Part shown: positions 9,758-19,213 of the stretch, one piece after another
Layout of the letters: each line of letters starts with the position of its first letter
Position numbering within the stretch: position 1 is the stretch's first letter
Origin: an uncultured Gemmatimonadaceae bacterium
GTDB lineage: Bacteria; Gemmatimonadota; Gemmatimonadetes; Gemmatimonadales; Gemmatimonadaceae
Length of the DNA stretch: 64,000 nucleotides
Assembly: GCA_963781585.1 (NCBI GenBank)
Contig: CAWAGQ010000010.1
Span: 96,001 to 160,000 of the forward strand
Reading direction: 5' to 3'
Translations under genes and position numbers: made by a program
The notes under the pieces: model-generated
Told to the model about the DNA's origin: nothing
Databases searched by the model: none
What the model saw: the letters and a program-made list of their open reading frames with translations, nothing else

Positions 9758-11761
9758 TCAGTCGCGACGCAGAAGCTGGAGAAAGTTCTCGGCCGAAACT
9801 GGCTCGGAGAACAGCGTGCCCTGTCCGTACTCGCACTTGAACCGGAGCAGCTCGGCAAGCTGATCCTCGCGTTCGATACCCTCAGCGACAGTGCGCAGCT
9901 GTTTCAGCCTGCCGAGCGCGATGATGGCGCGGGTCGCCGCGTGGTCCTCGGGCCGGCGCGTCACCTGGCTGATGAACGTGCGGTCGATCTTGAGGATGTC
10001 CACTGGAATGTCCGTCGGATCGCCGATGGTGGCGCTGCGCGAACCGTAGTCGTCGATCGCGAATCGGACGCCCATGGCGCGTACCTCGCGCAACCGTGCC
10101 AGCGCGTCGGTGACCGAGCGCGCCAGAGCGCTTTCGGTGATTTCCAGGACCAGACGATGCGCAGCGATCCCGGACTCGCGGACCGCGGTGGCCACGTCGG
10201 TGCTGAAGTCGGCGTGGAGCAGCTGGCGCGCCGTGATGTTGACGGTCACTGTGAGACTCCGCTCGGTCCCGATGACCTCCTGCCAGCTCCGCAGCTGCCG
10301 ACAGGCCTCGGTCAGGATCCACCGTCCCAGGGGGATGATCAGGCCCGTCTCTTCCGCCACCGGGATGAATGCCGCAGCCGGGATGAGACCGCGCTCGCGG
10401 TGATGCCAGCGTACCAGAGCCTCAACGCCGGCGATCCGTCGGCTGCGGAGCACGACGATCGGTTGATAGACCAGCGAGAAGTCACCCTGCTCGATGGCCC
10501 GTCGCAACTCATCCTCCAGGTGCCGGTGGCCAAGAGCCGCCGGGTGTACCTGCGGGTCGTAGAGTTCGCACGCGCCGCGTCCCCGGCGTTTGGCCGATCG
10601 CAGGGCGACATCGGCATTGCGCAGCAGGTCTTCGGGTCCCTCTTCAGGAATGGCGCTGGCAATGCCCATCGACGCGCTGGGCGTGAAGTCCTTTCCCCGC
10701 ACGGAGAGCGGTGCGGCAAAGAGCGACACGAGGCGCTGCGCGACCTGGACGAAGTTCCGTTCGTCCGACATGTCCTCGAGGAGAACCGCGAAGCGGGTGC
10801 CCTCGAGCCGCGCGGCGGAATCGGACGCTCGCAGGAATGTGCGCAACCGCGCGGCGGCGGCGGCGATCAGTTCCTCGAGTTCCTCATAGGTGGCGCGCAG
10901 GCCCCCCGATCGAAAGTCATCGAACTCCAGGAGTACCACCGCCAATGGCAGCTGATGCCGATGCGCGCGGGTGAGCGCGTGTTGCACCCGGTCGCTGAGC
11001 AGGGCGCGAGTACCGAGCCCGGTGAGCGCGTCGCGCAAGTCGGCCTCGTTCGGGATCTCGGCCAGGGACGGTCGCGTGAGCACCTCGCAGAGCGCGACGG
11101 CCATCCCCTGGATGCCCGGCTCATCGAGCAGGTTCGTGGCGTGGGCATCCACGGTCTTCCACCGGCCGTCGGCACAGCGCACGCGCCATCTCGGCCATGG
11201 GTGGGTCTCGCCACCGGCGGCGAGGTCAGTCAGGAACTCCTTCGCGCCCGCTATGTCGTCTTCGTGCAGAAGGGCCGTCAGGTATCTCCCCGTGAGCCGG
11301 GACGGCGCATGCCCCAGCACCCGCTCGGTCGAAGCGCTGGCCCGCGTGACCAGGCCGCCCTCATCCAGCAGCAGGACAGGATCCGAGAGCCGCTCGAACA
11401 GCGGCACTTCCATCGGCGGTGGGGTGGCCGGAGGTGGCGCAGGGGCCATTGGGACTGCGTCGAGCATCAGCGCTCGAGCGGAAATATCGGCCAGGGGCGG
11501 CACCGAGTGCGCCTCGGAAACAGTCTTGCGTGCCAGGATGACTGCGATCAGTGCTCCGGACAGCAGCAGTACGCCCGTGACAGCCAGCCGCGGGCGACCC
11601 AGGAACGCCGCCGACACAGCCAGGACGGCGCCGAGCATAAGGAGCACGGCGCCCGCGAGCGAGAACGGCCTGCGTTCGTTCGCTGGATTCAAGAGCGAGA
11701 GGAGGCTGGGCGCAGCACCTGGCGCCGCGCGGATGCGATCACGGGCGATCGAGACTATCAT
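9758..11761 (-). CDS. Membrane-anchored PAS-GGDEF(degenerate)-EAL protein
   Basis: DALTGL, RLEGTRF in place of RLGGDEF; YQP, EALVRW, LEITE, LKIDR, AEGIE. Confidence 0.88.
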   Translation of the reverse strand: MIVSIARDRIRAAPGAAPSLLSLLNPANERRPFSLAGAVLLMLGAVLAVSAAFLGRPRLAVTGVLLLSGALIAVILARKTVSEAHSVPPLADISARALMLDAVPMAPAPPPATPPPMEVPLFERLSDPVLLLDEGGLVTRASASTERVLGHAPSRLTGRYLTALLHEDDIAGAKEFLTDLAAGGETHPWPRWRVRCADGRWKTVDAHATNLLDEPGIQGMAVALCEVLTRPSLAEIPNEADLRDALTGLGTRALLSDRVQHALTRAHRHQLPLAVVLLEFDDFRSGGLRATYEELEELIAAAAARLRTFLRASDSAARLEGTRFAVLLEDMSDERNFVQVAQRLVSLFAAPLSVRGKDFTPSASMGIASAIPEEGPEDLLRNADVALRSAKRRGRGACELYDPQVHPAALGHRHLEDELRRAIEQGDFSLVYQPIVVLRSRRIAGVEALVRWHHRERGLIPAAAFIPVAEETGLIIPLGRWILTEACRQLRSWQEVIGTERSLTVTVNITARQLLHADFSTDVATAVRESGIAAHRLVLEITESALARSVTDALARLREVRAMGVRFAIDDYGSRSATIGDPTDIPVDILKIDRTFISQVTRRPEDHAATRAIIALGRLKQLRTVAEGIEREDQLAELLRFKCEYGQGTLFSEPVSAENFLQLLRRD

Positions 11762-11989
11762 CTAGACGCGCCAAGTGCCTGAGGGTTGCGGATTTCCGCT
11801 TCTCCGACCGGCGAGGCAGCCGCTCTCTCCGCCGTGGTGAGGCGACTGGCCAGCGCCGGGCTCCTGGGGAGGCAAGTTGTGGTATAAGGCCCGGATCAAG
11901 CAGTACGGACGGAAGCGGCTCGCCAATGGCGTGCGCCAGGCTGGCCAGCTTGCCGAGCGTGGTCCTTGTGGCGACCAGCGTCATACGGC

Positions 11990-12985
11990 ATGAGCATTAT
12001 TCGTTTCGAATTTCAGAATCCGTGGGTGCTGTTCCTCCTGGCCGCCGTTCCCGCCTGGTGGTGGTGGCGTCGGCGAGGGCGAGGGGGGGCGCACGCGATC
12101 GTCTTTTCGCGCGTTCCGGTTCTTGCCCGTGGCCCGCGGGCCGGTCGCGCTCTGGCGCGCCTGCTGGTGGCACTGCGGACGGTAGTGGTTGCCGGCTTCG
12201 TGATCGCGCTGGCGCGGCCGCGGGCGGCGGGTCGCATGGAGCAGACCAACAGCGAAGGGATCAACATCGTCATCGCATTCGATATCTCGAGCTCGATGCT
12301 GGCGGAGGATTTTCAGCCGCAGAACAGGCTCGAGGTGGCGCGGGAACGCGTCAAGCAGTTCATCACGATGCGGAGCAGCGATCGTATCGGCGTTGTGGCA
12401 TTCTCCGGAGAAGCGCTCACCCAGGTTCCGCTGACCACCGACTATCCCGTGCTGCTCGCGGCGGTGGACAATCTGCAGCCCGGACAGCTTCAGGACGGTA
12501 CGGCGATCGGCACGGCGATCGCGACGGCGGCGAATCGTCTGCGGGACGCTCCCGGCCGTTCTCGGGTCATGGTCCTCCTGACCGACGGCGTGAACAATCG
12601 CGGGTCGATCGATCCGCGCACCGCTGCGCAGGCGGCGGCGGCATTCGGCATCAAGATCTACACGATTGGCGTGGGCACCGAGGGGATGGCGCCGGTCCCG
12701 GTTTCAAGCGGGCCGTTCGGGTTGCGCTACGAGAATCGCCCGGTGGAGATCGACGATGCGTTGCTGACTGAGATCGCGCAGAAGACAGGCGGGCGGTATT
12801 TCCGGGCGCGGGATGCAGAAGCGCTGACGCGGATAACCGAGGAGATCGACCGGCTGGAGCGGACGCCGGTTCGGACGCGCGTTTATACCCGCTACGCGGA
12901 GCTGTACCGGTGGCCGCTGGCGGTAGGGCTGCTGGCCCTGCTGGCCGAACTGGGATTGGCGGCGTGGCGCGGGCCGCTCCCGTGA
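11990..12985 (+). CDS. batA: VWA-domain protein, BatA-like
   Basis: N-terminal BatA-type TM (FQNPWVL), LARP, MIDAS DISSSM, LLTDG, IYTIGVG. Confidence 0.8.
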   Translation: MSIIRFEFQNPWVLFLLAAVPAWWWWRRRGRGGAHAIVFSRVPVLARGPRAGRALARLLVALRTVVVAGFVIALARPRAAGRMEQTNSEGINIVIAFDISSSMLAEDFQPQNRLEVARERVKQFITMRSSDRIGVVAFSGEALTQVPLTTDYPVLLAAVDNLQPGQLQDGTAIGTAIATAANRLRDAPGRSRVMVLLTDGVNNRGSIDPRTAAQAAAAFGIKIYTIGVGTEGMAPVPVSSGPFGLRYENRPVEIDDALLTEIAQKTGGRYFRARDAEALTRITEEIDRLERTPVRTRVYTRYAELYRWPLAVGLLALLAELGLAAWRGPLP

Positions 12986-13005
12986 CGATCCGCGATCCCC
13001 GCGCC

Positions 13006-14046
13006 CTACAGCATCCCCCCCCGTCGCAGAAACCAGAGCAGCCCGATGCCTAACGCGAGCTGCACCACCAGCATGATCTCGAATCCGATCGGGTTCTGGG
13101 ACAGCGGAATGCGGGTGAAGTTCATCCCCCACATGCCGCTCACGACCACGAACGGGACCGACAGCGTTGCCACCACGGTCAGTCCCTTGGTCACCAGCCC
13201 CAGCCGGTTCGACACCTGGGACAGATAGCTCTCGAGCGTGCTGCTGAGGAGTTCGCGAAAGGTGTCGAGCGAGTCGTTGATCCTCAGCACATGATCGTAG
13301 ATGTCGCGAAAATAGAGCTGGACGTCCTGGGTGAGGTACTGTGACGGCCGATTGGCGAGCACGTTGAAAATCTCTCGCTCCGGCGCAAGGTACCGGCGCA
13401 ACGACAACACCATGCGCTTCACCGAGAAGATATCGCGGAGCGCCGCCTCGTCGAAGCTCCGGAACACGCGATCCTCCAGGCTGTCGGTGAACTCATCGAG
13501 CCGGTCCAGAATCGGGAAGTACGCGTCCACCGCGTCGTCCATGACCTGATGGGCGAGCCGGGCGTGGCCGCGCGCCAGCACGTCCGGATTGCGCGTTGCC
13601 AGGTCCACCACCGTCTCGACATGGGGGCTGCGGCCGCTGTGCACGGTGACCAGGTAGTTGGCACCAAGGAAGAAGTAGAGGTTGCGCGTCTCGAGGTCGT
13701 AGGGATCGTCGGTCGTCGTGTCGAGACTCAATACGCGCAGGATGATGAACAGGTAGCCATCGTACTCCTCCACCTTGGCGCGGCTGTTCGGGTGCAGCAC
13801 GTCCTCGATGGCCAGCGGATGGAACCCGAACACCTTTTCGAGCAACGCGCCCTGTTGTCGTACCGAACTGTCGATGTCCACCCAGAGCTTGCCCGCGCCG
13901 CCTCGCACGCACTCCATCAGGTCCTTGAGCGAGAGATCGCGGGCCAGCGTGCCCTCGCCGCCGGCGGGGATGAAGAACGAGCGCGGCAGCTTAATCGCTG
14001 CCGCGGGCGGCGAGGCGCCCGGTTCCGGAGGAGTCGGCGTGGTCAC
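13006..14046 (-). CDS. corA: CorA-family Mg2+/Co2+ transporter
   Basis: FHPLAIED, GMN motif between two C-terminal TM helices. Confidence 0.9.
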   Translation of the reverse strand: MTTPTPPEPGASPPAAAIKLPRSFFIPAGGEGTLARDLSLKDLMECVRGGAGKLWVDIDSSVRQQGALLEKVFGFHPLAIEDVLHPNSRAKVEEYDGYLFIILRVLSLDTTTDDPYDLETRNLYFFLGANYLVTVHSGRSPHVETVVDLATRNPDVLARGHARLAHQVMDDAVDAYFPILDRLDEFTDSLEDRVFRSFDEAALRDIFSVKRMVLSLRRYLAPEREIFNVLANRPSQYLTQDVQLYFRDIYDHVLRINDSLDTFRELLSSTLESYLSQVSNRLGLVTKGLTVVATLSVPFVVVSGMWGMNFTRIPLSQNPIGFEIMLVVQLALGIGLLWFLRRGGML

Positions 14047-14162
14047 GAATCAGCGCATTGGAGTGCGTCCGCCATCTGCCCATTCTCCTCCTGTCGGATG
14101 CTTGACGTCGACGTCGCGGCTCGCGGACCCGCCGCCGCCGAGTGCGACGAACCCGATCCAGA

Positions 14163-15378
14163 CTAGAATCGAAACGCCACCTTCACGCTCCGCTCCGACC
14201 CCTTGGCGCGCGCCGTCTTCGAGCGCGCGCCGGTGGTCGGCGAGCGGGAAGGTGTGCGTGACCAGCGACCCGACCGGGGCACGGCCACTCGCGATGAGAT
14301 CCGCCGCTTCGACGAAGGCATGTCCGGCCGCACCACCGTGTCCCTGTACACCATAGGCGAGCGTACCGCGAATCGTCAGTTCCTTCAACCACAACGGCGT
14401 CCAGTCGAGCCCCCGGAGCGTGCTGGCGTTTCCGATCAGTACGATCGTGCCGCCGGCGCGCGTGCAGCGCAATGCATCCTCCATCGCGCGCACGCTGCTG
14501 ACGCACACATACGTGGCATCGAATCCGCCCACCCCGGCGGGCCGTCCGATGATTGCCGGGAGGAGGCGCGTACCGGCCAGCTCGGCCAGCGCGCCCAGGT
14601 AGTCCCCGCGTGCGACGAACGTACGATGCGCGCCGAGGCGCGAGGCCAGTTCGGCCTGGAAGGGATGGCGAGCCACCACCGTCACCTCGGCGCGAGCGAG
14701 CTGCGCCAGAGCGTACGTGAGCAGGAGGCCCATCGAGCCAGCCCCGATCACCGCTACGCGGGACGGGTCGTCGGTGCCGGCGGCCCGCATCGCGTGGATA
14801 CAGCAGGCCAGCGGTTCGACCAGGACCGCTTCTTCATCGCTGATGCTGTCGGGCACCGGTACCAGCTGCGACACGTGCGCCACGAACTCCTCGCCCCAGC
14901 TTCCGCCAAGCGACCGCGTCGTACCGATGAACAGTCCCGGCGGCAGCACACCGTCCGTGAAGTGGATGCACCGCGAGTGCATTCCGGCAGCGCAGGCATC
15001 GCAGACGGGGCGGATGGCGCGCGGCTCGCAGCAGAGCAGGGGGTTTACGACGACCCGTTGGCCCTCGGCGGTCCCGCGGACGGCGCGACCGGTTTCCACG
15101 ATCGTTCCGACGTTCTCGTGCCCCAGTACGAAGGGGAACGACGAGAACGGTGACGACGACGGGCTGGCCTCGAGCGCGACGATGCCCAGGTCGCTCCCGC
15201 AGATGCCGCCAAGCCGGGTTCGAATTCGCACCCAGTCGTCCCCGGGCAGTGCCGGCGATTCCATCTCGGCATATCGGGTGCAGGCGTGCGGCCCGACCGT
15301 CAGGGCTGGCGAGAGACGCCCGGCAGCCAGGGTAACCAGGTAGGTGGGAATCGGCGCTGCAAAGCGGATCGCCTTCAC
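14163..15378 (-). CDS. Zn-dependent medium-chain dehydrogenase/reductase with apparent +1 frameshift near 14220
   Basis: GICGSD, GHE, four-Cys structural Zn cluster, GAGSMG; GTGA overlap with the kinase gene; typical ...SVKVAFRF* tail lies in the adjacent frame. Confidence 0.8.
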
Positions 15379-16313
15379 GGCCCGGCAACCGGCGACTTGC
15401 CCTGCACCGGGCCGGCGCCGTTCCCTTCGGGCACTACCACCCGGAGCGCCTGACGGAGACACCCCAGCAGCAACTCGGCTGATTGGGCGCGCCGATACTC
15501 GCCGTCGGTCTCGTAGGCCGGCGGCGCGGCGAACCGGAGCGAGAAGGTGCGGGATCGTTCGATGGAGACCTCGGGGTATCCGGCGTGCGTGCCGCGTGTC
15601 GCGGCCACGAATAACCTCAGGCGCTGCAGCGGGCGCGCGTCGAGAAACGAGACGGCGTCGAGCGCGCCGTCGGTGATCGACGCGTCCGGGGCGATCCGGA
15701 ATGAACCGCCGAAGTTGCGTGCGTTGGCCACCACCAGCATCAGGTGGGGCTTCGGACCGCGCCACGCCGGTGATCCGATATCGATGTCGGTGGCGCGATA
15801 GCGCGCGATCTGGCGGAGCGCGGAGTAGATGTAGAGCGCGTCCCCGCGCAGCCAGCCGATGCGGGTGACGTCTTCCAGGACCGCGACGTCGAGGCCGAAG
15901 CCAGCGATGTTGAGAAAGTAGCGATCCTCGATGGTGCCGACGTCCACCCGCCGGTCGGGGCCCTCGACGGCGAGGCGGGCGCTGCGGGCGACGTCGTGGG
16001 CCGGCGCCCCAGCGGTCTTCGCGAAGTCGTTCCCGGTCCCGCTGGCGATGAGCGCCAGTCGGCAGTCGGCGCCAGCGCGGAGCACCGCGTTGGCGACATT
16101 GCTCCAAGTGCCGTCGCCGCCGACCGCCACCAGCGTCGTGCAGCCCTCGCCGATCGCCCGGCGCGCCACGGCTTCTTCCCGGAGCGCCGGCGTGGTGACC
16201 CGCAGATCATCGACGCCTAAAGCGGCGAAAGCCTCGCGCACCCGTGGCAACGCCCGCGCCCCGCTGCCCCGGCCCGACGCCGGGTTCACGATGACGCAGA
16301 TCCGCTCCGGCAT
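15375..16313 (-). CDS. Diacylglycerol/sphingosine/ceramide kinase family protein (YegS/DgkB-like)
   Basis: NPASG, GGDGT, GTGNDFA, GFGLD, ETDGE motifs. Confidence 0.9.
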   Translation of the reverse strand: MPERICVIVNPASGRGSGARALPRVREAFAALGVDDLRVTTPALREEAVARRAIGEGCTTLVAVGGDGTWSNVANAVLRAGADCRLALIASGTGNDFAKTAGAPAHDVARSARLAVEGPDRRVDVGTIEDRYFLNIAGFGLDVAVLEDVTRIGWLRGDALYIYSALRQIARYRATDIDIGSPAWRGPKPHLMLVVANARNFGGSFRIAPDASITDGALDAVSFLDARPLQRLRLFVAATRGTHAGYPEVSIERSRTFSLRFAAPPAYETDGEYRRAQSAELLLGCLRQALRVVVPEGNGAGPVQGKSPVAGP

Positions 16314-17008
16314 CAGGCCGAGGCCGGGACCAGCGTCTCGAGGGGGTAAAACGTCTGCAGCCCGTCGCGCATCCAGAGTTCACGAAACGGTGTGGTGTTG
16401 AGGCCGTCGGGTTCGATGGCCGCGGTGAACCGGTGCCCGTGCAGCTCGATCGCGCCCCGCTCCTCCTCATTCTCGCTGAACGGCGCCGCCATGATGATGG
16501 TCGCCATGTACGCGCCGGAATCATCCCGCATGAACGACTGGTATCGGTGCTCGACGTTCTCCCAGCTGTAGTCGGTGATCCGCATGTCGAGGATCGGCGA
16601 CCCCTCGTGCGATGCCGAGATGCCGATCTGATGGTCGCCGCGGTCGAGGGCGAGATCGATGTCGTTCATGAAATGCGGGAGGTGCCACCGTTCGATCGCG
16701 TGTTCCCGCGAGGCGCTGGTAGTGGTGCCCAGGAGAAACGGGTAGAACGCCGCGCGGGGGAGGGGCGAGCCGCGCCCGACGCGGGGCGCCACGTGCACCG
16801 AGAGAATCAACTCGCCGTATTCTCCCACCGGCGAGTCGTGAAAGTCGAACGCCATCACCGAGAGCACGCTCTGTCCATGATGTGGTTCCACCGGATACAG
16901 AAACCGGGGGAGAATCTGCACGGCATTGGCGGTGGGGAACTCGAAAAAGCCGCCGATGGCGTGGCGGAAGTGGTACTGCACCACGCCGTTGTCCGTCCTG
17001 GTGCTCAC
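16313..17008 (-). CDS. Acetoacetate-decarboxylase-fold protein lacking any lysine
   Basis: DSPVGEYGELIL resembles the ADC-family G-x-Y-x-E segment; translationally coupled to both neighbours. Confidence 0.55.
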   Translation of the reverse strand: MSTRTDNGVVQYHFRHAIGGFFEFPTANAVQILPRFLYPVEPHHGQSVLSVMAFDFHDSPVGEYGELILSVHVAPRVGRGSPLPRAAFYPFLLGTTTSASREHAIERWHLPHFMNDIDLALDRGDHQIGISASHEGSPILDMRITDYSWENVEHRYQSFMRDDSGAYMATIIMAAPFSENEEERGAIELHGHRFTAAIEPDGLNTTPFRELWMRDGLQTFYPLETLVPASA

Positions 17009-18318
17009 AGGACGCCCTCGGCGCGCAGGACCTCGACCAGGATGGCGGCCCCTTCCTCGAGATCAGCCTCCGAGTGAGTGGCGGAGATCGAGATACGGAA
17101 GCGCGACTTGTGCTTCGCCACTGCCGGGTAGATGATCGGCTGCAGGTACAGGCCGGCGCGCTGCAGCGCCTGCGCGATGCAGAAGATCTTCCGGTCGTTG
17201 CGAATCATCACCGGGATAATCTGGGACGTGGACTCGCCCACGTCGACGCCGGCACTGGCGAGCAGGCGCCGCATGTACGACACGTTCGACCACAGCCGCT
17301 CGCGCAACGCGGGCTCGCGCTGCGCAATCCGCAGGGCCTCGAGTACACCGGCCGTGACCGCCGGCGACAGGGCGCACGAAAAGACGCGCGAGCGCGCGAA
17401 ACCCATCAGGTAGTTGTACAGACTGCGGGATCCGGCGATGCATCCCCCCATGCCGCCGAGCGCCTTGGAGAACGTGCCGATGTGGATGTCGATCTCATCC
17501 TCGAGGCCGAAGTGCTCCACGACCCCGCGCCCGTTGGCGCCGTAGACAAACGCCGAGTGCGCCTCGTCGATCATGACCCGTGCGCCGTGACGCCGGGCCA
17601 CTTCGACGATCTCGGGCAGGCGCGCCACATCGCCGTCCATGGAGTAGACCCCCTCCACGATGACCAGCCGCTTACCGCTGGTTCCCTTGAGCTTCCGGTT
17701 GAGCTCCTCGGGCTGGTTGTGCCGGAAGAACCGCGCATTCGCCTTGGACAGAATCGCGCCATCCACGATGCTGGCGTGTACGTTCTGATCCATGATGATG
17801 TGGTCTCCGGGACGCATCAGCGCCGCGATCAGCCCGACGTTGGTGCTGTAGCCGGTGGGGAAGATCATCACCGCTTCCTTGCGCTTGAACCGGGCGAGTT
17901 CCTGCTCGAGCGCCAGGTGAATGTCCATGGTCCCGCTCAGGATCGGCGACCCGGCCGCTCCCAGGCCATACTGGTCCAGGGCACCCTTCGCGGCCGCAAT
18001 CACTTCCGGACGGTAGGACAGGCCGAGGTAGTTGTAGGACGCGAGATTCAGCAGGCGGAGGCGCTGGTGGCGCAGTTGCTCCTCCAGCTGGATGCTCGGC
18101 GCCGGCGGCGTTGACATCGGCTGGGAGAACAGATAGTAGCCGTTGCCTCGCGCGTGACCGTACCACCACTCATCGTATGGATCGAAGATCGCGAAAAGAT
18201 CTTCGCTGGATGAGTAGTAGAAATTGCTGTAGTCGTAGTCGGCAAGGGCGCCGTTCGACTTCGTGGTCGCATATCGTTCCGCCTCGTCTGTTTTCAGCGG
18301 CCCGACTCGTGTGGCCAT
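17005..18318 (-). CDS. PLP-dependent alpha-oxoamine synthase, serine palmitoyltransferase-like
   Basis: SYNYLGL, HASIVDG, FRHN, EGVYSMDGD, DEAHS, GTFSKALG (PLP Lys); lipid-gene context, no bio genes adjacent. Confidence 0.8.
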   Translation of the reverse strand: MATRVGPLKTDEAERYATTKSNGALADYDYSNFYYSSSEDLFAIFDPYDEWWYGHARGNGYYLFSQPMSTPPAPSIQLEEQLRHQRLRLLNLASYNYLGLSYRPEVIAAAKGALDQYGLGAAGSPILSGTMDIHLALEQELARFKRKEAVMIFPTGYSTNVGLIAALMRPGDHIIMDQNVHASIVDGAILSKANARFFRHNQPEELNRKLKGTSGKRLVIVEGVYSMDGDVARLPEIVEVARRHGARVMIDEAHSAFVYGANGRGVVEHFGLEDEIDIHIGTFSKALGGMGGCIAGSRSLYNYLMGFARSRVFSCALSPAVTAGVLEALRIAQREPALRERLWSNVSYMRRLLASAGVDVGESTSQIIPVMIRNDRKIFCIAQALQRAGLYLQPIIYPAVAKHKSRFRISISATHSEADLEEGAAILVEVLRAEGVL

Positions 18319-18331
18319 GAGGAGTCTCCCT

Positions 18332-19213
18332 GTGAATTCTCGCTACTCGACTGGCATCGGCTCGACCGCAGCCCCCCCGACTCCGGGGTGGCTCAGTGCG
18401 TTCCGTGCCGTTCGCGGCGCGGTATTCCTGCTCGTCTTCTTCCTGTATCTGCTGGTCGGACTTGGACTGCCGCAGCGTGTGATCGTGTTCCCATTCCTCT
18501 GGATTTTTCCGAAACGCCGGGACCGGGTACTGGGACCCTGGATTCGGGCCCATGCGCGCATTACCCGCGCCCTGGCGCGATTCCCGGGCGGCGTACGTCT
18601 GGACATCCGGGGTACGTTGCCGCCCGAGTGCGGGATCGCGGTCATGAACCACCAGTCGGTGCTGGACGCCATGATCGCGCTGTGCGTGGCACGCGGTCCG
18701 CTTCCGTTGATCCCGGTGCGGACGCGATATCGGTGGGGAATGCCCGGCATTTCGCCTTTCCTGCGGGCGGCGCGATTCCCGTTCATCAGGCAGCAGCGCG
18801 CCACCGCCGACGCGGACCTGGCGGCCATCGAGGCCGAAGCCGAACGCGCCGCGCGTGGAGAGGCGATGATCTTCATTTTTCCGGAGGGCCACCGCACCCG
18901 GACCGGCGACATCGGGCCGTTCATGCCACGCGGGCTCCGGAGCTCGCTGAGGCGCGTCCACCGCCCCGTGTACTGCGTGGTCGGCGACGGAATGTGGCGC
19001 GTGCGGACGCTGGCCGATGTGTTCACGAAGCTCGCCGGAACGCGCGTCACGGTCCGGATCATCGGACCGTTCACCGCGCCGCAGGATGAGCAGGACATTC
19101 CCGGTTTCATCGCGTCGCTCCGGGACCGGATGGTGGCGACGCTGCGGGAATCGCGCGACAGGCCCACTTCGTCGACGCAAACAGATGCGGACTGGCAGCA
19201 GGCCGCCGGCTGA
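18332..19213 (+). CDS. PlsC-like lysophospholipid acyltransferase
   Basis: NHQSVLD (HX4D) and FPEGHR motifs; N-terminal TM; start is either GTG 18332 (AGGAG RBS) or ATG 18317. Confidence 0.85.
   Translation: MNSRYSTGIGSTAAPPTPGWLSAFRAVRGAVFLLVFFLYLLVGLGLPQRVIVFPFLWIFPKRRDRVLGPWIRAHARITRALARFPGGVRLDIRGTLPPECGIAVMNHQSVLDAMIALCVARGPLPLIPVRTRYRWGMPGISPFLRAARFPFIRQQRATADADLAAIEAEAERAARGEAMIFIFPEGHRTRTGDIGPFMPRGLRSSLRRVHRPVYCVVGDGMWRVRTLADVFTKLAGTRVTVRIIGPFTAPQDEQDIPGFIASLRDRMVATLRESRDRPTSSTQTDADWQQAAG

Noticed and set aside
11990..12985. batA without moxR, DUF58 or batB-D
   Set aside because: Partners may be elsewhere in the genome; orphan VWA genes are common.
14050..16107. 685-aa ORF as a single protein
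   Set aside because: Its N-terminal part is an off-frame reading of the kinase gene; the dehydrogenase begins at GTG 15378.
17005..18318. Assignment as bioF or kbl
   Set aside because: The family motifs are shared, but there are no adjacent biotin genes and the neighbours are lipid enzymes. The Zn dehydrogenase could suggest kbl/tdh, so this is not fully excluded; gene symbol left blank.
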